Below, one piece after another: positions 53,194 through 62,896 of a DNA stretch of 64,000 nt; position 1 is the first letter of the stretch; each line of letters opens with the position of its first letter. The notes beneath the pieces are model-generated. The model was not told the origin of the DNA and ran no database searches. It saw only the letters and a program-made list of their open reading frames with translations. Source of the DNA: an uncultured Anaerolinea sp. (lineage in GTDB: Bacteria > Chloroflexota > Anaerolineae > Anaerolineales > Villigracilaceae). Position numbers and translations under genes: made by a program. The stretch is from contig CAZEGE010000001.1 of the NCBI GenBank assembly GCA_964511765.1, positions 41,728 to 105,727 of the forward strand. The letters are read 5' to 3'.

Positions 53194-54696
53194 TTAATGA
53201 GTAAGGTCCTGGGGCTGGAAACACGGTTCATAATCTGAACCAAGAATGACGCGATATTGAACCGGGCTGTTTGCATCGGGCAGGGACAGTACGCTTGCCG
53301 AATACAAGCCGAGGGTGGAGATAAGCGTCTGTCTTTGTGAGGAGTTCTGATCAGGTGTGAAATCCACGATAACGGAAGATGTGTAGTCGCGGCGGTCGGC
53401 AGCTGCAATTGTGGTTTGATAACCTGCATAGTTAAGGCGTGACGAAGCGAGGGATTCAAGGGTGTCGAAGCTGGCGCCATTTTGTACCTCAACCGTGATG
53501 GTTTGGCGGACAACTGCATAGGAGGATAAGGTGGTGGCTTCGATGAGCATTTGTTCGAGTTCGGCTTGACTGGTTAAAAGGACAGATGCTCCGCCGGGGG
53601 TTATCCATGAACTGACGTAGGGCGGGCGAATGTAATAACCTCGAATATTTGCATTTGTGAAATTGATAGCGTACGGGGCCATGCGAAGTATGTCAGCAAG
53701 CCCAAGGTCCGTGACGACTGTGCTTGAGAAGTCGTTGTAAAGTTGTGGGATTTTACCGAATGTATTCGTTTGCAGGGCTTTCTGGAAGATGGTGCGCAGT
53801 ACTTCCTGCTGGCGGCGGCCTCTGTCAAAGTCGCTGGATTTGGAGCGGGAGCGGGCGTACCAAAGTGCGAGGTCGCCATCCATGTGTACCTGTCCTGGAC
53901 CAACCGTGAAAAGCCACCAGTTGTTTTCATTGTTTGGATCGTAGGATGGATCTATCAAGCGCCAATCAGTGTATGCGCATGCGACAGGTAAATCAACCCC
54001 GCCGAGGGTATCCACGATACGGCGAAACCCGTCAAATTCAACCATAGCCGTATGATCGATGCGGATGCCCAGGTTGTATGCGATGGTTTCTTTCAAGAGA
54101 CCCGGTCCGCCGCCGGGGTAACCATATAATTCCCCGCTTTGGTAGGCGGTGTTGATGCGCTGCATGCCAACCGTGGGAATGTAGATCCACAAATCACGCG
54201 GGATGGAGATGAGGGAGACCTGTCCCTCTTTTGGCCAGATGATGGCAATGACGAGCGTGTCGGTTCGATAGGATGAGCCGGGGCGTTTGTCTGAGCCGAT
54301 GAGCAGGAAATTGATGGTCTCCTGGTCTGTGAGCGGAGGCAGGGCGGTCGGGTTGATAGATGGCGCCTGTGCAGGTGGAGCGGCCTGGGTGGGGAAAAGC
54401 TGATCGAAACTGACCGTAGCTGTCGGTTCGATTGCAGGCAATTGAGCGGGAGACGGCGTCTCGGACGAAAGAATAAGTTGTGGAGTGGGTGCATTAATGC
54501 CAAACGAATAAAGCGAAGGCTGCGTTGGCGTAAAAAGGGATGGTTGAAATGGAGTGGGAGTGGGAGTTGCGTTGGGCGCGGATGTGATCAGGATAAATGG
54601 CAAAGGCACCTGTTCAGGCGCTGATGCTGTGGCCCCGCATGCGGATAATAAAATTGCGAGGAGTATGATTCGTAAATAATGGGCGGGTGATCTCAT
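53194..54696 (-). CDS. LCP (LytR-CpsA-Psr) family lipoprotein with LytR_C domain
   Basis: LLIGSD, RTDTL, SIPRDLW, RINTA, LWYARSR, DFDRGRRQQ, EVQNG; lipobox LSAC. Confidence 0.9.
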   Translation of the reverse strand: MRSPAHYLRIILLAILLSACGATASAPEQVPLPFILITSAPNATPTPTPFQPSLFTPTQPSLYSFGINAPTPQLILSSETPSPAQLPAIEPTATVSFDQLFPTQAAPPAQAPSINPTALPPLTDQETINFLLIGSDKRPGSSYRTDTLVIAIIWPKEGQVSLISIPRDLWIYIPTVGMQRINTAYQSGELYGYPGGGPGLLKETIAYNLGIRIDHTAMVEFDGFRRIVDTLGGVDLPVACAYTDWRLIDPSYDPNNENNWWLFTVGPGQVHMDGDLALWYARSRSKSSDFDRGRRQQEVLRTIFQKALQTNTFGKIPQLYNDFSSTVVTDLGLADILRMAPYAINFTNANIRGYYIRPPYVSSWITPGGASVLLTSQAELEQMLIEATTLSSYAVVRQTITVEVQNGASFDTLESLASSRLNYAGYQTTIAAADRRDYTSSVIVDFTPDQNSSQRQTLISTLGLYSASVLSLPDANSPVQYRVILGSDYEPCFQPQDLTH

Positions 54697-54788
54697 TTAT
54701 CCACGGCTAATGTTGATGGGTTGTTTACGCGGTGTCATAATGTGATAAATAAACTTCGGTGATTTGATGAGGTGAGGTTTGACATGAG

Positions 54789-55568
54789 TTATGGCGCAGG
54801 GGTGGAGGTGGATACTACCGTTGGTGTGGCGGGGATGGGCGTGTTGCTTGGAATAATTGTGGCTGTAAATGGCAGGGCAGTTTCGGTCAATGGATCGGTG
54901 GGATAGGGTGTGACAATAATGCCGATTAATAGAATTGGATATGGTGTGCGCGTAGCCACATAGGGAACCCAGAGCGCTTCGCCGGCGTAGATAAGATTGC
55001 CGAATCTGCAATTGACGTCTCGTAATAATTCCGCGGATATGTAATGATTGGTTGCAATTGCATAAAGAGTATCACCGGGTTTTACAATATAGGTTTTTAC
55101 CCATCCGGCCGCACCTTGCCTACAAACCACAGGTGTACTGGTCGGTGCTGTGGGCACATATAAGACTGTGCCCGCCACGAGATTGTCGCTCAACAGACAA
55201 TTGGAAACCCTTAACTGATCTTTGCTGATGCGGTAACGTGCGGCAATGATGTCAAGTGTTTCACCGCCTTGAATGAAAATATAGCCCCAGCCTGAGGGAG
55301 GCCGACATGAGCCCGGCATGACGATATTGGTAAATGTAGGTGAGACAAGTATAAGTGTCGGAGTTTGTAGCTCTGACAGGGGCGTAAATACGGGTGCTAA
55401 TGTGGATGTATAAGTAAGCGGTGCGGAAGAGGGGAGCGGGTAAGCGGTGGAAGTGGGTGTCGCTTCGGGAATGGACTCCACAAGCGAAATGGACAATGCC
55501 CCAGCCATCAATCCAATCGAGAGCAAAGCCACAATCAGCGCATTTCCAATATCATGCAATCTCTGCAT
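54789..55568 (-). CDS. Membrane-anchored protein with two LysM domains
   Basis: IQGGETLDIIAARY...L..NCL and YIVKPGDTLYAIA...N LysM repeats; N-terminal TM; PT-rich tail. Confidence 0.85.
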   Translation of the reverse strand: MQRLHDIGNALIVALLSIGLMAGALSISLVESIPEATPTSTAYPLPSSAPLTYTSTLAPVFTPLSELQTPTLILVSPTFTNIVMPGSCRPPSGWGYIFIQGGETLDIIAARYRISKDQLRVSNCLLSDNLVAGTVLYVPTAPTSTPVVCRQGAAGWVKTYIVKPGDTLYAIATNHYISAELLRDVNCRFGNLIYAGEALWVPYVATRTPYPILLIGIIVTPYPTDPLTETALPFTATIIPSNTPIPATPTVVSTSTPAP

Positions 55569-55569
55569 T

Positions 55570-57894
55570 TTAACTATTCTTTTCGATGATTGTCTCACTG
55601 ACAACGGGTAAAAGTACGCTGAAAGTGGAGCCAACCCCCTGCTCGCTATCCACCCAGATCTGTCCCTGCTGCGCCTCCGTCAGAGTTTTGGCAATGGATA
55701 GACCCATGCCAGTATCGCCGACACCCTGGATGACGACATGGCTAGCACGGTATAAGCGGTTGAAGACGCGCGGTAGATCTTCGGATGCGATGCCGCCACC
55801 GGTGTCTGTCACCTGTATAAGGAGATACTCCAGACAGTTTTCGATTCGCGTTTGGACCTTGAGCTTGATTGTGCCTTCGAACGGGGTCGCTGCCCCTGCA
55901 TTTTGCAGCAAATGAGTCAAGATTTGTTGCAGCGCTTCACGGTCAGCTTGAATGGGTGCAAGTGTTTTTGGAAGTTCAAGGAGAATGGAGATATTATTCT
56001 CGCGCACTTGTGTGTAGGTGTGAGATAGGGCAATATCAATAATCAAGTTCAGGTCTACTGATTCAGGCTTGAGATCGTTCAACTCGGTGGCAACCGTGGT
56101 GATCTGAATCATATCCTCCATCAAACTGCGCAGGCGATCCGTGGACGCCTTGATGCGTTCGACAAACTTTTTCTGCAAGGCGCCGAGAATTCCCACCGAT
56201 TCACCCAGGAGCAGATCGGTGTATCCCACGATCGAAGATAATGGCTGGCGAAATTCCTGTGAGATGGATGAGATTGCCTCGACTTGTTCAATGTTCTTTA
56301 TGGAAAAATTACCCTTTTCCAACTCGTGTATTTTTATGTTGGCTTCAGCGAATTGTTTTTGTAAACGGGTCAATTCCTGCAGGGTTGTCTTCAATTCATT
56401 CTCTGCCTGCGATGGTGAGGAGGAAGGAGTTTGGGGTTTTCCCGAACGCAATTCTCCGTTTTCAAGTTGCAACTGCTCTATGATACGCTGTGATTCTGCC
56501 TGTGCGGCAAGCAGGGAAACCATATCCAGGGATCCGCTTTTTTCTTTTTCTGCGTGGACCTGCTCCAATTGTTTGGTAAGTTCCTGGACTTGATTTTCCA
56601 ATTCCGTCACTTGTGCGTGAATCTGGTTGCTTTGCAATTCAAGTTCATTCGCTTCCCGACTTCGGATTATGATGGGAACAAGTGAAGTGGCAATATTCGA
56701 AAGAAAAGCCTGGTCTTCCGCGGTCCAGGTTCGGTCAGAATAAGGGGAAAGCAATAGTAACCCGCCCAGAGTTTCATTTTCCGGGGTGAGGATCGGTACA
56801 CTCAGTAAATGACCGGGGTTGGTTAAACCGAGAATATCTCCAAGCCCCTTAATATCTGCGGAAGTACTGCTGGCAGGCATTCGCAAGGGACGTCCGCGTT
56901 GTAACGAATTGGCCAGCATGGGGGTCGATGATTTGTTTAACGAGCCGCCTTCCAAATTATCCTCGCGGATCAGGTCGTATCCACCTGTAATTACCATCTG
57001 GTTATTGTCATCTGTCAGGTGGATCATAAAGCACAGGTCAGATAGCATGGTCTGTGCAATGGCGCGGCTGATGGCTTGACTGACTTTGGTGGGATTTGAT
57101 TCTGCTGCGAGCGCCAACATGGCGTGGAAGGTTTTTGGATCTGTGCTGTAGCGTCTGCGTTCTGGAGGCTCGGCATCTTGCTGTAGCGTTGTGGGCCGAG
57201 GCTGGGCAGTCGTATCGGAAGGGTTGACAAAGCGTTGTGGCAAGGTCAGTAATATCGGGTAAGCCGCCATATATGCGAACCGTACAATGCCCGAGTAATC
57301 GCCGTCCGATTGGAAGAGCAAATGACCTGCGTGACCTAGAAAGACAAACAAGAGCAGGGTCATCCCGTACCACATCCCATTGGGTCTACGAATGGAAAGC
57401 ACCGCCATACCGACCAGCGCCAGCAATAAGGAGCCGACCTGCCAAAACCAATCATCAACCGTCCGGTTGTAATTGAGCACCGCCAATTGAGATTGCCAGG
57501 TAATCAGACTTAATCCCAATGCAACCGCTACCAATAGGCTTAATAGGATGGTCGCCATATCCGCCGTGCGGTTTGGTTCCGGAAAGGCATACAACCATGT
57601 GATCCATATAATGCTAAACATTATGAAGGCGCGGTCCATGGGCGGCAGGATCGTTTTCGGGTCAATAACCTGTTGCCAGCCAAGCCCGCTAAACAGGAAC
57701 ATGACGATTTGCGCAAGAAGCAAAATGCCAAGTCCCACAAAAGCGCGATGCGCCTGCGGGAATCCGCTTACCCGCCAGTGGTTAAACGCCGAATGAAGCG
57801 CACTCGCAACCACAATTGCCAGCACAATATAGTAAATTAAATTCCCAGGCGGGATAGTTAGCTGAGTAATGATGGATGAGGTGAAGGCGTTCAT
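55570..57894 (-). CDS. Membrane GAF/coiled-coil histidine kinase homolog with His-to-Gln H-box
   Basis: About 7 TM, GAF, coiled coil, H-box SQEFRQPL, N-box LLQNA, DTGGGI, GMGLSI, GSTF. Confidence 0.85.
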   Translation of the reverse strand: MNAFTSSIITQLTIPPGNLIYYIVLAIVVASALHSAFNHWRVSGFPQAHRAFVGLGILLLAQIVMFLFSGLGWQQVIDPKTILPPMDRAFIMFSIIWITWLYAFPEPNRTADMATILLSLLVAVALGLSLITWQSQLAVLNYNRTVDDWFWQVGSLLLALVGMAVLSIRRPNGMWYGMTLLLFVFLGHAGHLLFQSDGDYSGIVRFAYMAAYPILLTLPQRFVNPSDTTAQPRPTTLQQDAEPPERRRYSTDPKTFHAMLALAAESNPTKVSQAISRAIAQTMLSDLCFMIHLTDDNNQMVITGGYDLIREDNLEGGSLNKSSTPMLANSLQRGRPLRMPASSTSADIKGLGDILGLTNPGHLLSVPILTPENETLGGLLLLSPYSDRTWTAEDQAFLSNIATSLVPIIIRSREANELELQSNQIHAQVTELENQVQELTKQLEQVHAEKEKSGSLDMVSLLAAQAESQRIIEQLQLENGELRSGKPQTPSSSPSQAENELKTTLQELTRLQKQFAEANIKIHELEKGNFSIKNIEQVEAISSISQEFRQPLSSIVGYTDLLLGESVGILGALQKKFVERIKASTDRLRSLMEDMIQITTVATELNDLKPESVDLNLIIDIALSHTYTQVRENNISILLELPKTLAPIQADREALQQILTHLLQNAGAATPFEGTIKLKVQTRIENCLEYLLIQVTDTGGGIASEDLPRVFNRLYRASHVVIQGVGDTGMGLSIAKTLTEAQQGQIWVDSEQGVGSTFSVLLPVVSETIIEKNS

Positions 57895-57955
57895 GCAGTT
57901 ATGATTATACTGCCAGTTCAAAAAAATTTGGCACAGACACGTATAATTGCCCTAT

Positions 57956-59353
57956 ATGATGAAGAACAAAAAATGGTCTCTCCCGCTCATCGTTACATCT
58001 CTGCTTTTTGCAGTTCTCCTGCCCATCCTTTTCACAGGGTATTCCCTCATCGACAGTGCAGAAGCTGAATTTGCGGTGCAGAATTATGCAAGAGCCGCAC
58101 AACAATATCATCAAGCCATCCGCCTTCTACCCTGGCGCAATGACCTTTGGCAAAAGGCGGGCGTTTCTGCATATGCCAGCGGTGATTATTTTGAGGCGAT
58201 CAACTTTTTAAACAACGCACCTGACCTTTCCGAGCAGGGTTGGATCATATTGGGATATTCCTATGCCAACACAGATGATCTTCCCTCCGCTCTTCAGGCG
58301 TATCGGCACGGCTTGCAATTCCATGATTCGGCTTATTTATATGCAGGACTTGCCTCGGTTTATCGGGAACAAAAAGAGTGGCAGGCCGAACGCGGCGCAC
58401 TCAAGAATCAACTTCGCCTGGATATAAGCGACGCCTATGCCCATTACAGACTTGGCCTGCTGCTGACCCTTCTTGAACCCGAGCAGGCACTTTCTGAATT
58501 AATGCTCGCCACTTCTCTTAATCCTGAAGTTGACTCTGCCATGCAAACCTTGAGGGCCGCCTTGAATCTATCCGCCACCCAACCCGACGCATCACAGCAG
58601 ATGCTGACTATTGGGCGAGCGCTTGGCCTTGTGCAGGAATGGGAGTTGTCCATTGCGGCGTTTGATAAAGCGACTCAAATTAACCCTGAAAATGCCGAAG
58701 CCTGGGCCTGGCTTGGCGAAGCGAAACAGCAAATCGGTCAGGACGGAAGCGTAGACCTTGATCAGGCACTTTCGTTGGATCATACTTCTGCCGTCGTCCA
58801 TGCTTTGCGTGCATTGTTTTGGAATCGTCAGGAAAAATTCGATAAAATGCTTATGGAATATTTGCGCGCCGCAAGCTACGACCCGGCCAATCCTGCATGG
58901 CAGGCCTCCATTGGCGACGCCTATTTCAAACTTGGCGATCTCGCCGCCGCATTGACCGCCTATCAGCGTGCAGCAGAACTTGCGCCAAACGAAGCGACAT
59001 ACTGGCGTTTGTTGTCGGTTTTTTGTGCAGAGAATGGAGTGCGGGTGGAAGATATAGGTTTACCCGCCGCACGACAGGCGGTGACTCTTGCGCCTGATGA
59101 TCCTTTTGCTTTGGATGCGTTGGGCTGGTCCTATCTCTCGTCTGGCAGGTTCGCCAACGCCGAGCAAACCTTGTCTGATGTGGTTGAGCGTTTCCCGCAT
59201 CATTTTCCTGCGCACATCCATCTAGCCCTGACGTATCTGATGCAGGGCAAGCGTGGTGAGGCGTATAATTCTTTAACCTACGTACGCGATGAGGATCAAT
59301 CAGGTGTATATCGCGATAAGGCGGATCAATTATTGGAACAGTATTTTCCATAA
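57956..59353 (+). CDS. Tetratricopeptide repeat protein with N-terminal signal/TM
   Basis: Multiple TPR-like units (AYQRAAELAPN, AWAWLGEA, ALDALGWSY). Confidence 0.82.
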   Translation: MMKNKKWSLPLIVTSLLFAVLLPILFTGYSLIDSAEAEFAVQNYARAAQQYHQAIRLLPWRNDLWQKAGVSAYASGDYFEAINFLNNAPDLSEQGWIILGYSYANTDDLPSALQAYRHGLQFHDSAYLYAGLASVYREQKEWQAERGALKNQLRLDISDAYAHYRLGLLLTLLEPEQALSELMLATSLNPEVDSAMQTLRAALNLSATQPDASQQMLTIGRALGLVQEWELSIAAFDKATQINPENAEAWAWLGEAKQQIGQDGSVDLDQALSLDHTSAVVHALRALFWNRQEKFDKMLMEYLRAASYDPANPAWQASIGDAYFKLGDLAAALTAYQRAAELAPNEATYWRLLSVFCAENGVRVEDIGLPAARQAVTLAPDDPFALDALGWSYLSSGRFANAEQTLSDVVERFPHHFPAHIHLALTYLMQGKRGEAYNSLTYVRDEDQSGVYRDKADQLLEQYFP

Positions 59354-59375
59354 ACCTCATGATAAAATCACAACC

Positions 59376-60026
59376 ATGAAGAAAAATAAATTATCCATAT
59401 TGCTCCTGCTGGTTCTGTCTTTTGCTTGTACCAGGCCGGCCATTATTCCGATACCGCAGGCCACAATTGCGGCGCCGGGCAGCGTGTTGTTTCAGGATGA
59501 TTTTTCCCATCCTGACTCAGGGTGGGACCGCACGCTGGCCGATGAGGGCATCATGGATTATGACGCGGGTGGATATCGCATTCTCGTCAATTCAGTGCAG
59601 ACAAATTTCTGGTCCACTCCGCACCAAAATTTTTCAAATGTACAGATCGAGGTGGATGCCGGCAAATTGGCAGGCCCCGATGAAAACCGCATTGGCTTGG
59701 TCTGCCGTTTCAATGGCAGTGATTATTATTTCTTCATCATTTCGAGCGACGGTTTTTATGGCATGGGCGTTTATTCAGGCGGCCAGGCCCTTTTGCTGGG
59801 CCAAAGCGAAATGCAGTCTTCTTCAAGTATTAACAAAGGACTCGCCGTTAATCACTTGCGCGCCGATTGCACAGGCAATACCCTCACATTTTATATCAAT
59901 GGTTTACAGGTCGCACAGACCCAGGACTCAACCTTGACCACGGGGGAGACCGGTCTTTTAGCTGGGACATTTGCCACGCCCGGCGTGGATGTGATCTTCG
60001 ATAATTTTGCGGTCTTGCAGCCATGA
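59376..60026 (+). CDS. Putative lipoprotein with concanavalin-like (DUF1080-type) beta-sandwich
   Basis: MKKNKLSILLLLVLSFAC lipobox; LFQDDFS..SGW, GLVCR, LTFYING, VIFDNF. Confidence 0.7.
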   Translation: MKKNKLSILLLLVLSFACTRPAIIPIPQATIAAPGSVLFQDDFSHPDSGWDRTLADEGIMDYDAGGYRILVNSVQTNFWSTPHQNFSNVQIEVDAGKLAGPDENRIGLVCRFNGSDYYFFIISSDGFYGMGVYSGGQALLLGQSEMQSSSSINKGLAVNHLRADCTGNTLTFYINGLQVAQTQDSTLTTGETGLLAGTFATPGVDVIFDNFAVLQP

Positions 60027-60123
60027 TAACATGTGGCGGTAGCCCGAAGCAATCTCATGGCAACTGGAAGATGGCTTTGTCGAGAAGAGCGCCCTCCTCG
60101 CAATAAAATAATAAATACTATAT

Positions 60124-61422
60124 ATGAAAGTCTTTCTCGATACCATCGGTTGCAGACTCAACCAGAGTGAAATTGAAAGCATGGCACGCCAGTTCCGCGC
60201 GGCGGGACACGAGATCGTTGCCAGTGCTGAATATGCTGAAATGGCGGTGGTTAATACCTGCGCTGTGACTACACAAGCCGCTTCGGATTCCCGCGGCAGG
60301 ATCCGAAGTATCGCACGCGCAGGCGTGGATGAGATTGTCGCCACGGGCTGTTGGACGACTATCCAGTCAAAGGAAGCCGCCATACTTCCAAATGTAAAAC
60401 ACGTTGTTGCAAACGATAAAAAAGATTCCCTGGTTTTGGATCTTCTCCATCTTCAATCTTTTAGCCAGGCTGAGGACAAACCTTCCATCTTCGATCTTGA
60501 ACCCATGGATCGTCTGCCTCTACCTGGCTTGCATCACCGTACACGCGCATTTATCAAAGTGCAGGATGGATGTGACAACCATTGCACATTTTGCGTCACC
60601 ACCATTGCGCGCGGCGAGGGGCGCTCTCGTCCGCTGGCCGATGTAATCGCGGATATCAATTTCGCGCTTGGGGGTGATTCTAAAGAAATTGTTTTGACTG
60701 GCGTGCATCTTGGTTCCTGGGGACAGGAGATGGGTTGTCACTTGTACGATCTGGTTAAAGCCATTTTACGTGAAACGGATGTAAAGCGATTGAGGCTTTC
60801 ATCCCTCGAACCTTGGGATTTGGATGCGGATTTCTTCTCGCTCTGGGAGGACAAACGCCTCATGCCTCACCTGCACCTGCCTCTGCAATCTGGGAGCGAA
60901 TCCACGCTCAAGCGGATGGCGCGCAAGACCACTCCCGCATCCTTTCGCGGGCTGGTCTCTGCCGCCAGGGAGGTCAAGCCTGAGGTGGCGATCACAACAG
61001 ACATCATTGCAGGCTTTCCCGGCGAGACGGAAGAAGAATTTGCCGAGACGCTTGATTTCGTTGGTGAAGTAAAATTTGCAGGAGGACATGTCTTTTCGTA
61101 TTCGCCGCGTCCCGCTACAGGGGCGTCAAAGATGAAGGGGCAGGTCAAGCCTGAGTTAAGAAAGAGGCGGAATCACATCCTGCAGGAGGCGATCGCAGAG
61201 TCGGCAAAATCCTACCGCGAAAAATTTATCGGGCGGAGCCTGTCCGTCCTATGGGAATCCACAACGGAATATGGCGAATACGGCTGGCGCATGGAAGGTT
61301 GGACGGGAAATTATTTGCGCGTCAGTGCGACTGCGCCTGCTCCGCGCTGGAACCGGGTGGACGAAATCCAGTTGACTGGCTTGGATGGAGAGAAATTGAT
61401 GGGTGTAATTCAAAAAGAGTAA
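60124..61422 (+). CDS. mtaB: tRNA methylthiotransferase, MtaB type (radical SAM)
   Basis: GCRLNQSE, NTCAVT, KVQDGCDNHCTFC (CxxxCxxC), HLPLQSGS, TDIIAGFPGET. Confidence 0.85.
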   Translation: MKVFLDTIGCRLNQSEIESMARQFRAAGHEIVASAEYAEMAVVNTCAVTTQAASDSRGRIRSIARAGVDEIVATGCWTTIQSKEAAILPNVKHVVANDKKDSLVLDLLHLQSFSQAEDKPSIFDLEPMDRLPLPGLHHRTRAFIKVQDGCDNHCTFCVTTIARGEGRSRPLADVIADINFALGGDSKEIVLTGVHLGSWGQEMGCHLYDLVKAILRETDVKRLRLSSLEPWDLDADFFSLWEDKRLMPHLHLPLQSGSESTLKRMARKTTPASFRGLVSAAREVKPEVAITTDIIAGFPGETEEEFAETLDFVGEVKFAGGHVFSYSPRPATGASKMKGQVKPELRKRRNHILQEAIAESAKSYREKFIGRSLSVLWESTTEYGEYGWRMEGWTGNYLRVSATAPAPRWNRVDEIQLTGLDGEKLMGVIQKE

Positions 61423-61515
61423 ATAGCAGGTTACGAATGTCACTTTTTGAAATAGGGGAGAAATTGTATAATGCCTGTGCGATATTTCACATTAAATCCA
61501 CAAAGGAGCAACCCA

Positions 61516-62394
61516 ATGACAGCTCAATTAATTGACGGCAAGTTAATTGCCCAGCAAGTACGTGACGAAGTAAAGGCGAATGTGGCGAAACGTGTTGCGG
61601 CGGGTAAATCCAAGCCAACTCTTGCAGCCGTACTCGTCGGAGAACGGGTAGACTCTGCAACCTACGTGCGGGCTAAAGGTAAGGCCTGTGAAGAATTGGG
61701 GATGGGCTCGGTCAGCCATCACCTGCCTGCCGATATTTCTCAGGAGGAGCTGGAAAAAGTTATTACAGGATTGAATGCAGATAAATCAGTAAATGGTATT
61801 CTCGTGCAATTGCCATTGCCGGATCATTTGAATGAAGAACGTGTGCTGCAACTGATCAGCATCGAAAAGGATGTGGATGGTTTCTCGCCGCTCAACATTG
61901 GACGTTTGGCGCAAAAGGGACGTGAGCCATTGTTTGTCCCGTGCACGCCCTATGGTTGTATTTATCTGCTGGAAAAAGCAGGCGTGAAAATTGAAGGCGC
62001 CAATGCAGTGGTATTGGGACGCTCAAATATTGTCGGCATGCCGGCTGCCTTGTTATTAATCGGAAAGAATGCCACAGTGACGGTTTGTCATTCACGCACA
62101 AAAGATATCGCGGCCGTCGTCCGTGAAGCGGATATCCTGATCGCAGCCATCGGCAAGACTGAATTTGTGCGCGGCGACTGGATCAAGCCTGGCGCCGCAA
62201 TCATTGACGTGGGCATCAACTCCAAACCGGATGCTACAAAGAAAAGCGGCTATCGTCTGGTGGGCGATGTCAATTTTGAGGAAGCGAAGGAAGTTGCTGG
62301 CTTCATTACCCCTGTCCCGGGCGGGGTCGGCCCCATGACAATCGCAATGTTGATGAACAACACCTACCGGGCGGCGGAAATTCAAGAACCGTAA
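61516..62394 (+). CDS. folD: Methylenetetrahydrofolate dehydrogenase/cyclohydrolase
   Basis: GILVQLPLP, KDVDG, PCTP, GRSNIVG, TPVPGGVGPMT. RBS AAGGAG. Confidence 0.95.
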   Translation: MTAQLIDGKLIAQQVRDEVKANVAKRVAAGKSKPTLAAVLVGERVDSATYVRAKGKACEELGMGSVSHHLPADISQEELEKVITGLNADKSVNGILVQLPLPDHLNEERVLQLISIEKDVDGFSPLNIGRLAQKGREPLFVPCTPYGCIYLLEKAGVKIEGANAVVLGRSNIVGMPAALLLIGKNATVTVCHSRTKDIAAVVREADILIAAIGKTEFVRGDWIKPGAAIIDVGINSKPDATKKSGYRLVGDVNFEEAKEVAGFITPVPGGVGPMTIAMLMNNTYRAAEIQEP

Positions 62395-62396
62395 AT

Positions 62397-62427
62397 GGTG
62401 ATTAGTGATCAGTGATCAGTTATCAGT
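62397..62427. repeat. Heptamer tandem repeat after folD
   Basis: GGTGATT-AGTGATC-AGTGATC-AGTTATC-AGT. Confidence 0.6.
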
Positions 62428-62450
62428 CCTGCCATTTGGCAGGACTTTTC
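62425..62450 (+). terminator. Intrinsic terminator after folD
   Basis: AGTCCTGCC-attt-GGCAGGACT followed by TTTC. Confidence 0.75.
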
Positions 62451-62461
62451 TATTTAAAACC

Positions 62462-62490
62462 TTGACATACTAATAATTTAGTACTAATAT
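62462..62490 (+). promoter_or_regulatory. Promoter of the padR operon with an inverted repeat in the spacer
   Basis: TTGACA (62462-67), 17 bp, TAATAT (62485-90). TACT-N8-AGTA at 62468-62483. Confidence 0.6.
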
Positions 62491-62535
62491 TTATTTATTA
62501 ATAATATTGACTTGATACTACTGAAAGGAGCAAGG

Positions 62536-62892
62536 ATGACTGAAATTACCGCGCAAACCAAAAAATTCCAAAAGGAGTTGAATTCGGGCACATCATCCCT
62601 CGTGTTGTTGAGTGTGTTGAGCCACAGCAAGGAGCCAATGTACGGCTACCAGATCGCAAAACTGCTTGAAGAAAGCGGACCTGATTTTCCAATGATGAAG
62701 CAGGGAACCCTGTACCCAGTGCTTCGCTCTCTTGAAGAGAATGGGTTATTGGAAAGTACTGTGGAGCCTTCAGTTTCGGGCCCGCCGCGCAGATATTACA
62801 AAATTACAAGTGGCGGGCGCAGCATTTTGGAAGAATGGCTCGAAATTTGGAAGCAGACCAAGAAATTTGTGGATGCGATCTTGAAAGGATGA
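62536..62892 (+). CDS. PadR family transcriptional regulator
   Basis: PMYGYQI, QGTLYPVLRSLEENGL, PRRYYKIT..G. RBS AAGGAG. Confidence 0.92.
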   Translation: MTEITAQTKKFQKELNSGTSSLVLLSVLSHSKEPMYGYQIAKLLEESGPDFPMMKQGTLYPVLRSLEENGLLESTVEPSVSGPPRRYYKITSGGRSILEEWLEIWKQTKKFVDAILKG

Positions 62893-62896
62893 CACC

